The notes under the pieces are model-generated. The model saw only the letters and a program-made list of their open reading frames with translations, was not told the DNA's origin and searched no databases. Below, one piece after another: positions 1 through 12,300 of a DNA stretch of 64,000 nucleotides. Numbering within the stretch: position 1 is the first letter of the stretch; each line of letters opens with the position of its first letter. The translations under genes and the position numbers were made by a program. The stretch spans positions 1,185,601 through 1,249,600 of the forward strand of contig CM119267.1 of NCBI GenBank assembly GCA_051294375.1, written 5' to 3'. The stretch is from Paraspadella gotoi (taxonomy: Eukaryota; Animalia; Chaetognatha).

Positions 1-305
1 TCATGGCGCCCGAGATCATCACCAAGACGCGGGAATCGGGCCACGGGCGTCTGGCCGACGTGTGGAGCTTCGGCTGCGTCGTCATCCAAATGTGGAGCGG
101 GAATCGACCTTGGTTCGATCTGGAGAACAACTACCAGATCATGTTCAAAGTGGGCATGGGCGCTCGCCCGACCTTTCCCGAGAACGCCTCCACCGAGCTG
201 GAGGACTTTCTCGACCGATGCCTCCAACACGACGCCAAGGACAGGTGGACGGCCGATCAGCTGCTCGATCATTCCTTCACCAAAGTCTACACCGAACCCG
301 ATTAA
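1..305 (+). CDS. MAP3K4: MAP kinase kinase kinase 4 (MEKK4), 3' end of kinase domain (last exon, 5'-truncated by window)
   Basis: MAPE..GHGRLADVWSFGCVVIQMWSGNRPW..NYQIMFKVGMG..RWTADQLLDHSF closely follows the recalled MAP3K4 C-terminus (GHGRAADIWSLGCVVIEM..FQIMYKVGMG..RWTASQLLDHSF); TAA at 303-305. Confidence 0.9.
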   Translation, partial: MAPEIITKTRESGHGRLADVWSFGCVVIQMWSGNRPWFDLENNYQIMFKVGMGARPTFPENASTELEDFLDRCLQHDAKDRWTADQLLDHSFTKVYTEPD

Positions 306-1445
306 AGTTTTGGGGGGGGGGAATTGACTCGACGCCCCCGAAGAAGTCAATTGATTTGCTTTTCTTTTTGTTTTTCAATTTAGATTTTTGTTTTTTTGTT
401 TGTTTTTTTTTCTTCTCGAATTCACTCACAAAGACAAATTTCACTTTTATTCTTCCCGTTTTTATATTAATGTTTTCGGTCTCAGTATTTAATTAGTTAA
501 TTTATTACAGTAATCAATGTTTATTTTTTTTTTACGCACCTTGGATTGGTTCAGTGTTCCAAGCTTGGGAAATTGTTTCTTTTTAAACGACGTGTGTTGG
601 ATTTTGTGTCGTCGTTGTTGTTGTTGTTGTTTAGACGCACCTAGTGATTCTAGTCAGGTGAATATCACCAGCTTTTTTTTATATGTATGATTTAACAGTT
701 TATGACATGCTAATTAATTGATGTATTTATTACTTTTCGTAACTGATTTCAATCGAATCTCGGGTTTTTTGGAGATAAATCGTCGTGATTCCGTTTTGCA
801 CAGAAAAAAAAGATCTGCATTTTATTTTCATTGATTTGTTGTGCTCCATAATTTTACCTGAAATTAGCTTCCAGGACTTTTAAGGGCTAATTTCTTTTTG
901 GGCATTTTCTTATATATTTGAATTTTGCTAAAAGGGTAAAGGGATATTTTTATTTGTTTAAATAGTTAAACCTGATAAATGTTCATTGCTAAACATTGTT
1001 TAATGTTTATATTTTTTTTACTTTTAATACATTTTCTAGATTCAAAAGCCAGGTGTCAAGGCTTTTTCTTTATTCGTTTTCAGTGTTAATCGAAAAAAGA
1101 GAAAAATTTAAAAGTTTTCTGTATAAGTTAAGATCTACAATTTTCATTTTTGTTTAATCAGTGATTCAATAATCTCCGGCTAATGAAGTAAAAAGGTAAA
1201 CACACATAAGTGAAAAAAACATTAAACAAGTTTGCTCAAACTCAGACTACAAGGATTATCAAATAAAGAAAGTTAAACAACGAGGCTTAATAATTTCTTT
1301 GAAGCTCCATGTAAAACTCACTTCAATGTCCATTCATTGTTTGGCCAGAATGTCTAGGACAAAAACCTATCCCCCAGGATAGATAAAAAAAAACTCACTA
1401 AATGAACCTAATGAGTGAATCGCGATCGTCGGACGTAAGAGGAAG

Positions 1446-1740
1446 ATGCGACGGCTACTGGCGTCGCTGAGAAAACTCAACGAACATTTGATAGAGAATA
1501 ACGTGAAACGTTATCCCTTGATCGCCAACAGGTTTTGAACGGACAACGATGATGTGGAGGCTTTGAATGTACGGACCGACGGACATATTGATGACCCGAA
1601 CCCCTTTTTTTTTGTCAAGTCTTTTCTACGGAGGAATCTACGGCCTCTCAGATGTCTCCAATCAACTCGTGGTCAAACCCTTGGCGACGGGAAAACCCAG
1701 AGATGATTTCCACTTCGACTCCGCCTTCAGATTTTGGGTG

Positions 1741-1800
<60 letters not shown>

Positions 1801-3422
1801 CGGGTGGACGAGGCCGACTTTGGTTTAGGCCTCCATCCCTATTACAAGATAATCACATAGCAAGACTCTCTCGCAGACTAGCTTAGTATTAAAAATCTAT
1901 TAGTTTTTATCATGTATTAGTCCGAGGTCTAACCAGTCTTTTATTTATTAAAGGGGAGATAAGAGAAATTGTAATCCGAATCGGATCTAAAAAGGCGATC
2001 GCTCACCACCCCACCTTTCTAACATCATAGTTCATGGGCACGTTCGTCTTCGGTCCGTCCGTGACTTCCTTTGTTCGATTCGCCAACTGGCTCGTCCCCG
2101 GATCTTCTCTCAGCGCCGCCTGCAAGAAGATCCTTCTCGACCAGATGGTCATGCCTCTTCCGATGCTGACCTCTTTTTACTTGGGGATGAACCTCCTTCA
2201 GGGGAACTCATTTCAAGACTTTCAGCGAGAATGGAAGGTGAGGGAAAGATAAAACAATAATAGATTCAATTTGAAATATCTTAGAAATAAAAAATTTAAA
2301 AAAAAACAAAACCAATAATATGAAAGTTTTATTCTCGTATCGGTCCGTCTCGTCACGAATGCCCTTTTGTCCGCGGTAGTCGAAAGATTTACTTTTTATT
2401 TATTTATTTTTTTTTAAATTATTTTGTGCGATTCCGAAAGCAAGAATCTCATACAAAAGTTACAGGCGAACGAAATGACCGATAATCTTAATCTTATCTC
2501 TATATCCATTTTCACTTTCCTTAAAGCTGTTATTTATATTATTATATAATATTATTTATAAGTCAGCTAAACTCATTATATAACGACTAAGTCGTCTTCA
2601 TCAACGATGTTATTCCCCTCTTTCTCTAATTAGTTAGTTTCCGTAGACTTTCTAAATCCAATCTACTCAGATGAAGGTCTTTCGCTCATGGACGACCGGT
2701 TTGTGTTTTTGGCCTTTCGTCCATCTCTTCTCCTGGACGCGCGTCTCTCAGGAGGCTCGTCCGCGATATCTCGCCTGTTGCGGTTTCGCCTTCGCTAACT
2801 TCATGTGTTACATGAAGAGTTTGCCCGTCACGGACGATGGGTAGATTGTTGATTGCTGATTGGTCAATGGTCGGGCTCTCGCTTGAGCCAATCACGAGTC
2901 GATACTCTATGTATACGTGTTTTTTTTGTTTTTTTTACGTCATGTGATCATTTTTCTAGTAGTTGTGAATAAGTGAAAGGTAGAAAGAATTAAACTATCG
3001 ACTTAAGCGACGTACAGACCAGCCAATCAAGTTGCCCGTGAAACTGACCCTAAAGATTCAGAAAAAGTTGTCAGTAAAATGATATAGCTCCTTACCAGAA
3101 TTTAGCAGTTCTTCCTCGAACTTTTTCGGGTCAGTTTAAATTTATCTAAAACTATTAAACTTTAATATTAATATTAATATTAAACTTTCTCTTCGCCCTT
3201 ACCCCAGTTAATATTTCCCATCATGACCCTTTCCCCCTATTTTCTCCGCAGATGAAATTCGTCCCCACTTGGCTGACGGCCTTGTGCTACTTTCCCGTCG
3301 TCCAGTTGATCTGCTGGACGCAGGTGCCCCACCTTTGGCGCCCTCGCTACCTCTCTCTCTCCGCTTTCGTCTGGTCAAACTTTTTGTGTTTCGCCAAGAG
3401 CGTCCCCGTGCCCGAGGGATGA
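1446..3422 (+). CDS. Mpv17/PMP22 family protein, gene 1; exons 1446-1531, 1620-1737, 2031-2237, then alternative last exon 2671-2844 or 3252-3422
   Basis: GT-AG phase-consistent splicing gives ..YPLIANSLFYGGIYGLSDVSNQ..FRFWFMGTFVFGP..KKILLDQMV..WK+MK..W..CFWP/YFP.V..RPRYL..F..NF.C; typical Mpv17/PMP22 pattern. Confidence 0.85.
1740..1799. repeat. (ATA)n microsatellite at start of intron 2
   Basis: about 19-20 perfect ATA units. Confidence 0.95.
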
Positions 3423-3909
3423 CGCTAACGTTTAATGTTTAATGTTTAACTGCCGAACGAAATATTATTTTACCCAATCATTAACCAAAAATCATAGTGC
3501 GTCTCTCTTCGATAACGCTCCTTCCTTTTCCTTGTTCAATATTAAGTTCTATATTGAAGTCTACATACTTGTTACCATGGGTTTTATATTGTTGATTAAT
3601 GATTATTTAAAATTTTATGAAAGAAAAAAAAATCGATTTTCAGATGAAAAGGAAAAAAAAAAGATGAAACTAATACAGTAGTAGTTTTTGGGGTATTTTG
3701 ATTTTTTTTATCTTTTCTTTTTCATTTCTGCTTTTTTCTGTGCTTTCCTTTCTGCTTTTTTCTCTTTTCTTTCTTCTTTTACTTTATCTATTTCTTTTTT
3801 TCCCTTTCTACCTTTCTATCACTCTTTCTTTCTCTCTTTCTTTCTACTTCTTTCTTTCTACTTCTTTCTTTCTTTCTTTCCCCCCCACCCTCTCAACCCA
3901 TAACTCACC

Positions 3910-4915
3910 ATGCGATCCAAACTTCTCTCCCTCCTCAAAAACGTCGACCCCAAAAAATGCGTGGCTTACGGCGTCATCCTCGGAACGTCGGCCGTGACGC
4001 AGGACCGCGTGGTGGCGCCGCTGGCGTCCGGAGCCAACGCCGCCCCGCGTGACTTTGACGCGTCGTTTCCGGCGCGATGCTTCGTGTTGGGAACGTGTTG
4101 GCTCGGCCCAGCGGTCATGGTATATCAGGGATTCGCCGAGCGAACTTTCCCCGGTGAGGGACACAAGGAGGAAGTGGTTGGAGATTAATTAATTAATCAA
4201 AGATTAATTAGTTAATTAAATGATTTCTTGGATTTTAATTTAGATTTTACTGAAACTTTTTTGATTAATTAATTACGAGTTAATTACTTAATCTCTATAT
4301 TAAACCAAGTAAATGATTAATTATTTTATTTAATTTAGAGATTTCTGAAACTTTTTTGATTAATTAATTACGAGTTAATTAAATGATTAAATGATTAAAT
4401 GATTAATTATTTTATTTAATTTAGAGATTTCTGAAACTTTTGTCCAGCCCTCGAACGACGATGGCCGCGTCTGTATTTACAGGCCACAGTTAAACCCGAT
4501 TCCTTTCGATGAAGCCATCGTCGTCTCTCCTTTTAAAGAGACCAAATCGATATTCTTGTCTCTATCTATGTCTCTCTCTCTCACTCGCTCCCTAGGCGTG
4601 GCCTGGCGGGCGGTGGCCAAAAAGATAAGTCTCGATCAACTCACCCTCGGACCCTTCATGATATCCTCCTTCTTCCTGGGGATCAACCTGTTGGAAGGCG
4701 CGGGTTGGCGCGGCGCCGTCGAGGAGTGGCGCCGCAAGTTCCTCGTCGCCTACGTCGTTGGCCTCTGCTTCTGGCCTCTCGCCAACACCGTCCTCTGGCG
4801 AGCCGTTCCGCCCGGCGTCCGCCCCGTGTGGCACGCGACCATGGCCCTCGTCTGGGGAAACGTTCTCTGTTTTCTCAAAAACAGATCCGTGGAAGCGGAT
4901 GGAAAACAAGGATGA
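3910..4915 (+). CDS. Mpv17/PMP22 family protein, gene 2; exons 3910-4153, 4596-4915
   Basis: ..VLGTCWLGP..FPG|VAWRAVAKKISLDQLTLGPF..KFLVAYVVGLCFWPLANTV..VPPGVRP..; phase-1 GT-AG intron. Confidence 0.85.
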
Positions 4916-5300
4916 AAACAAAAGGGGGAAAAAAACAACAGTTGCTCTTTTGTTTTCTGGTTTTAATGTTTAACCAAAAACAAAAACAAACAAAAAAAAC
5001 CAAAAATAGGAAAAATGATTGAAAGTTTTAAATTCTTGAAATTTAGTCAAAAAAATTGATGGTTTCTCATGTTGAGTTTTATCTCGGGACAAAAAAATTC
5101 TCCCCTGAATGAACGATTTTCGATCCACCGAATCGGTTTAATATAATGTCTATTAGACAATAGACATGCAAATATGAAATAGCCGAGCAAATCACATTCA
5201 AGACGTGCAATTAATATTTTAAGATTCTTGGGATTTCTTCTCACTATCGTTTGCCAATTGTTTAGGGTTGAATGTTTAGCCAAAGGAAAAACTCTTCGTC

Positions 5301-6997
5301 ATGGCGTCTGACGTAAAGGAGGACGGAAACGAGGGTCGTAAGAGCGGTGGCGGAGGCGTTGCTAAGGATGCATCCGTTGCTAAGGATGCAACGAACGTTG
5401 CAAAGAGCAATGACGATGCGCGTTCGAGGTAAACGCTAAACAATCATATTGAAATAAATAGAAAACAAATAACTGTGGACGCAACAAACAAAAAAAAATC
5501 TAGGCGACAAAAGACGGCGATGTCCAAAGTCCCTCAAGGATCGACGAACGCCTCCCACGCCCCCTTGGATCCTTACTACAAAACCCCTGCCCCGTTGCCC
5601 CCCGATCCCGCTCCCGCCTCGCCCCTGCGTCCGAGACCCCGCACGGCCGTGCCTTCTCGGGCGCCGCCATTGCCTCGTCCACCGGTGGCCATCGTCCCGC
5701 GAACTTCAGTCGCCGGGCGACCCAAGACCGCCTCCGCCGCCACCTCTGCAGCATCCTCTGCAGCCGCTTCAGCAGCTGCTTCGGCCGCCGCCTCGACCGC
5801 CAACGTGGCGCACCTTTCTCGTCCTGTCAGTCAGACGGGCGCCGCTCGTGGCGTGCAAACCGGAATGGGAGGAGCCATGGGAAGGTAGAGATAATCATTA
5901 GTACTCTATTTATTTATGGATTTTTATATGAAATTGTTGCAACCAATATAAGGATTATCCATTCATTTAATGAATAAGCTATCTTGCCCATGTCTTTGGC
6001 CAGCCTATGTTAAGTTAAGACCCCTTCTTTTAAGATAATAACATAGCCAGACCCTGTGAGCTTTCAGACAAAAATCTCATTATCTAATTTACTCTCAGAT
6101 TAGCTAAAAGCTTCCTGGCTTTCCTATCAATGAAGTGGTAAAATTAGATTGGCTATAATTCACTCGGCACTAGCATCATTTATTTACTTTTTGCATAGTG
6201 ATTCCCGCTCGTCGGAGCGAGCGAGCGACCGACGTCGACTTCCCCCCGCCGCGCATAAATCCTCCAACTCGAATAAATCTTCCATCGCCAAATCCTCCGC
6301 CGCCAATAAATCCTCCACCACCGATAAATCCCGATACAAGAAAAAGTCGAAGGTCTCAATTTCTCCAGCGACGAGGGAAAAGAGGCAAAGGGTTGCCCAC
6401 AATGAAGATGGCGCTAGAGATGGCGCTGGAGATGGTTTAGATGGCGTTGATGTCGGGACAGGCGACGACATCGGCGACGACTTTAAAAATATGGAAGTTG
6501 GTGCCGAGGATATCGCGTTGGACGAGTCAAGCACGGAAGAAGGCGGAAACGATTTGCTTGATCGATTCGAGAATGGGATCAAGCATCAAGCATGCTTGGA
6601 AAATGGCTTGCTAGACGATAGAGAAGATCAGATCAAATATAGAATGGAGAAGGACGTGAAAGCAGGAAAGGACGAAGACGCGCCTCTAGTTTCTCGTGGA
6701 GATGGCGCTGGAGACGGTTTTGAAGGCGGCGTCGACGCTTACCTCAGTGCCCCCGAAGAAAGCGGTGCGGACGTCGAAATTGACGGCGCTTTTAGCGGCG
6801 CCGAGGGCGAAGACGGCGGCGCTTCGGACGAAGCCGGCGCCGCGGACGACGAAGCCTTCGCGCGACTTTTGCAGCTCAACTATTTCTTCGTTTTCGACGC
6901 TGAAGAAAAGAGAGCAAAAAATAGAGAGAACGAAGAGGAAGAGGAAAAGCTAATCTCCAAGGAAGAGATGCTGAGGAGAGAGTTCGAATCGTGGTGA
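5301..6997 (+). CDS. Uncharacterised low-complexity protein (Pro/Ala-rich then acidic); exons 5301-5428, 5504-5884, 6199-6997
   Basis: Two phase-2 GT-AG introns join three GC-rich open segments in frame; no recognisable domain. Confidence 0.6.
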
Positions 6998-7620
6998 GGT
7001 CCTCAATGATGACTCCTTATCATTACTTTGCTCTTCTTTCTTTACTTTATTCCTTGTTCCTCTCTCCTTACTTTATTCCTTGCTCCTCTTTCCTCACTTA
7101 TTCTTTGCTCCTCTCTCTCTTAACATCATTTTTTAATCCCCTCTGCTTCTCTCTTTTTTTTCTTTGCTCCTCTGGCTTCCTTCTCCGCTCCACTCTTCTC
7201 CTCTTTGCTCCTGACTCTTCGATGACCAATGGTCATTGACCATCGACGAACCGCGTGTGCCAAAAAAAAAATCAAAAACAAAACTCAACCAACCAAATCC
7301 CAACAAAACACATGAATTGATCGATTCACTCTGACCCTTAATCGTTTGGGCCAAGCAACGTCCTAAATAAATAATATTTATTGAATTATTTATCTAATAG
7401 GCCCAACACGATGTATCACCACCCGATTGCCTCTTTCTTGTCGCAAGGGAATCGCATTTTGATTTCCGAGATAACCAATTTCATTTTAACCTTTTTGATA
7501 ACAAGATTAACCTAACCTCTTCTATTTCTCGTTACTATCTGCGCGTTACACTTATTATTTATTTTCGTAACTTATATTATATTATATTATATTTATTTAA
7601 ATATTTAAAAAGAGTATATA

Positions 7621-9062
7621 CAGAAGGCTTCATATTATAAAATGATGTACCCCTTTTTTGTGACCAGAATCTGTTCCTACCAAACTACCCGATCAAATTT
7701 AGTGAAATTTTACATTTAGAGTGCTAATGACTATATAAATGGAACTATCGATGCGAATTTTGAATATTCAACGCCTGACAAGAGATACAGGGCCCTGGAG
7801 GGCCAAAAAATGCTAAATTTTTTTTTTCATTTTTCAAAATTTTTTAGTAGCATCAGGTGCATTGACGTTTTAAACATAAGAAAAAAACATTTGAGAACTA
7901 AAATTGTTAAATTTGCAATAATTAAGCATGGTTGAAGATGCATGGTTCATTGTTTTACTTCCAATTTTCCCAAATTATTCCAAATTTGACTTTAACTGGT
8001 GATGTTCATGAAGCTAAAAATTAAGGTAAATGAATATTTTTGAGGTAATAAATACGTTTTTGTGGAAAAGTAAACGTCTTTGTAACTGTTCAAAACAAAA
8101 ATAATAAAAAAATTCGAGAAAAATTTTTGATCATTTTTTGCCCCAATGGGTGACCCCCCGGGGGCCCATATCTCGGCTCAGCGGTCAAATATTGAAATTC
8201 GCCTCGATAGTTTTTATTGTATTCACATGGGATCATTCATTTCCAAATTTCAATAAATTTGGTCAGTAGTTTTCTCGGAACGAGTACTGGTCACAAAAAA
8301 GGGGTTGTGGCGGTATATTCACACCGCCTCACGTCCACCATCCGTCAGCAAATCCATTGGCTCAGAGGGGGAACACACCATCCAGGCGTAGTGTTCCATC
8401 CACAGTTCTAATGACTTCCCTCTGCGTTGGCAAAGCGAGACCGTCCTAGGGTAACCGCCGCCAGTGACTGGAGGCGTCACTGAGGGTCGGAAGCCCCCAA
8501 AGCCAACAGTGAGATGCCCATCCCAATGGGCATCACAGGCAACCCGGCTGTTGCCATAAGTGGTGAGCCCTACTATCAAACATGCAACCTTCTCAGGGTG
8601 CGTCCGACAAACGCCTATGCCCTGCCGACTTCGGGTACGCTACGACAAACGCCTATGCCCCTGGGGTACGCTACGACAAACGCCTATGCCCCCACAACTC
8701 GCGCTCTCTCTCTCTCCCACTATGGTAACAGTCTTGTCAGACACCTCTCAGGCTTGAGGAACCTGAGTGATGTCTTGGCCGGGATCCTGTGGCGGTATAT
8801 TCACACCGCCTCACGTCCACCATCGTCAGCCAAATCATTGGTGGGAACACACCATCCCAGGCGTAGTGTTCCATCCACAGTTCTAATGACTTCCCTCTGC
8901 GTTGGCAAAGCGAGACCGTCCTAGGGTAACCGCGCCAGTGACTGGAGGCGTCACTGAGGGTCGGAAGCCCCCAAAGCCAACAGTGAGATGCCCCATCCCA
9001 ATGGGCATCACAGGCAACCGGCTGTTGCCATAGTACCTCATTTTATAATATGAAGCCTTCTG
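7621..9062. mobile_element. Non-autonomous TIR element (MITE, CAG..CTG ends, TA-flanked; Tc1/mariner-like) interrupted by a TRIM-like insertion
   Basis: TIR cagaaggcttcatattataaaatg / cattttataatatgaagccttctg; uninterrupted relative at 59048-59760. Confidence 0.85.
8306..9032 (+). mobile_element. TRIM-like miniature LTR retroelement: LTR 8306-8558, PBS 8561-8573, internal region with 3 tandem repeats, LTR 8788-9032
   Basis: Two ~250-bp direct repeats tgtggc..gccata; tggtgagccctac 2 nt after the first repeat; inserted inside the right TIR of the host MITE; PPT and TSD not clear. Confidence 0.7.
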
Positions 9063-9347
9063 AGTTCTGTATTCGCTTTTCTTTTTAATTTTTTATTGCG
9101 AACTACGAAACAACATTTGTGATACTTTTTGCCGTAATAATTTTACGTTAAGATTTTATTTATTTCGACTATGACACTTTTTTTTTCTCCAGGTCGTCGG
9201 ATCGTTTATCGAATATTTATTTATTTAAAAAACGCACTCGCACAAAATAACAGTTTCGAACAAAAAACAAAAAATCGAAATAAAATATAACTACATCGCC
9301 GCCTCGAATCTTCAACATAATTAACTTGGGATTCTCCTCCGTAAATT

Positions 9348-12300
9348 ATGAACGATACCGAATCCTACAACTCCTTCTACCATGAGAAGGCGGCGGAGGC
9401 CAAGGACGAAGTGGAAGAGAAACTCGGGTTCAAACCCCAAAAGATCGTAGTCTACAACAGACTCCTTCCGTACGCGGAGGATCTCATCCTGGAGGCGGGG
9501 CACAACCTCGCCGAGATCAAGGCCAACCTGGGATGCGCCCTTCTCAAGAGGGAGATTCGCCCTGGGGTGAGGGAATGGGGGAGAAGGGGGGCGGAGATGG
9601 GAGGGTGGCTTTGGTTGGGATTTAAGGCGGAGATAGGTTAAAGCGGGTGATTAAGAAAAAGAAAAACCAGTGGCTGCCCCAATACATGTTAATCGTTTTT
9701 AGAGTTACTTTAGATTTACAAAAATGACAAAAAGATAAAAAAATTTACTTTCTCTTTTGTTTACTTTAAATTTAAACTCTTATCTTTTTCCTTGATTTTC
9801 CTATATATACAGTACCGGAAACCTAGAATGTCGTAAGTCTGTACATGGGATAACTTTTCCATTTATAGGATAAATGGCTTTAGGATTTTATAGGAGGTTG
9901 CCTGGATGTCTGGCTATGCCCATTTAAGCAATTTTTAAAAAAAATAATCTTAAACCACTTAAAAATTGGGTCAAAATTTTTTTAAAAAACTTGCATAGCT
10001 CCAATATATTTTAAATTTTTTTCTTAAAATTTTGCTAAATTGTACTCAAGAGGGTTTGTAAACTACTGTAAAAATATTGTTACTATCAAAAAGTTTTTTT
10101 CCATATTTATCAGTGCTAATATTTTAGATGGGTCATTTTTTCAATGATGCATAACTTCCTTATTTGTGAATATTATGGTTTTTAAATTTAGTAATAGGTG
10201 GGCCTTGGGTAGTCCTACAATACATATAAATTTCAATCATTTTGAAAAACTTTTTGACACAGGTCAAAATTTTTTTTACAAAATTCAATTGTCAATCCTG
10301 CTAAAAATATTATTGCAAATAATGTTATTCTTTGCCTATAAATCAGTTAAAACATATTTAAAATAAGCCTTAAGCAAAAAATTTTTCTCAACATTTTTAA
10401 AAACTCATTTGCATATTGTTGCATTTTATATTTTTTACATTTTTTCACATAAAAGTAATCCATTTTTTAAAATTTTGTATACAGATAATATATAATCAGA
10501 CCTTTAAAAATATACCATCAAATCTAATTTTTAATAAATTTCAAATATTTTAAATATATTTTAAAATTACTAAAAATTAGGATTTTAATAAGCATTCTGC
10601 TAACTTTTTCAAAGTGGGCATCGTTGAAAAGAGGGCAACTCAAGGATTCCAAATATATAATTTTTTTACCAAATTTATTGTCCCAATGCTGAGATAATTC
10701 TTTCCAAAGTGCTCAAAAATTGAAAAAAACACTACTTTTTAATCGTTAATAAAAAATGCTACTATGATAGTTTTGTTTCAATACTTGGTAACTAGGTCAA
10801 GAATTGTTCATATTTTGTGGTAATGTCATGTCCAGGGAATAAAATAAATATTATAGTAGATTCCTCAATCGATTTTTAAATTTGGCAGAACATTTTACTC
10901 TTTTTTACTAAGTTTTTAGAGTATGATAAACGTTTCTCTGATTACGCAAAATAGAATTTGAGAAATCAAAAGTTAATAGTACCAATAGTTGGTGTTATCT
11001 CTCAAATAGATGGAAAAAAAACCTTGTTTAAAAATTTGATCTGGAATAGGGGTAACTTAGGCGTACCAATGGCATCGTCCATGCCAATCGTTCTTTCAAA
11101 TAATTTTTTTTATTTAATACATTTGAAAGGGGGAAAAAGGAAATTAGAAATGCTGGTGGCATGAAAGTTATAAAAAATCTGGGCATAGTGACTTGAAAAT
11201 CATGACCTTTTATGTCTTGCGTAATGGGGGCTGTAAATAAACCCAAAAAATTCAATCATTAAGTCAGTCAATCAACCCTTTCAAATAGGTTGTTCTACGA
11301 AATTTTTTAGTGAAGAAAAAAAAATTGAATGAAGAGAAAAAATTTTGCAGAACAGTCTATTTGAAAGGGTTGATTGACTGACTTAATAATGAATTTTTTG
11401 GGTTTATTTACTGCCCCCATTACGCAAGACATATAAAGTCATAATTTTCAAGTCACTATGGCCAGATTTTTTTTAAATTTCATGCCACCAGCATTTCTAA
11501 TTTCCTTTTTCCCCCTTTCAAATGTATTAAATAAAAAGAATTATTTGAAAGAACGATTGGCATGGACGATGCCATTGGTACGCCTAAGTTACCCCTATTC
11601 CAGATCAAATTTTTAAACAAGGTTTTTTTCCATCTATTTGAGACATAACACCAACTATTGGTACTATTAACTTTTGATTTCTCAAATTCTATTTTGCGTA
11701 ATCAGAGAAACGTTTATCATACTCTAAAAACTTAGTAAAAAAGAGTAAAATGTTCTGCCAAATTTAAAAATCGATTGAGAAATCTACTATAATATTTATT
11801 TTATTCCCTGGACATGACATTACCACAAAATATGAACAATTCTTGACCTAGTTACCAAGTATTGAAACAAAACTATCATAGTCGCATTTTTTATTAACGA
11901 TTAAAAAGTAGTGTTTTTTTCAATTTTGAGCACTTTGGAAAGAATTATCTCAGCTTTGGACATTAAATTTGGTAAAAAAATTATATATTTGGAATCCTTG
12001 AGTTGCCCCTCTTTTAATGATGCCCATTTGAAAAGGTTAGCAGAATGCTTATTAAAATCCTAATTTTTAGTAATATTTAAAATACATTTAAAATATTTAA
12101 AATTTATTAAAAATTAGATTTGATGGTATATTTTTAAAGGTCTGATTATATATTATCTGTGTACCAAAAATTTTTAAAAAATGGATTACTTTTATGTGAA
12201 AAAATGTAAAAAAATATAAAATGCAACAATATGCAAATGAGTTTTTAAAAATGTTGAGAACAATTTTTTGATTTAGGCTTATTTTAAATATGTTTTAACT

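Noticed and set aside
1567-1860. Poly-Ile ORF, and poly-ER/SL/Y ORFs elsewhere
   Set aside because: Read-through into intronic or UTR microsatellites.
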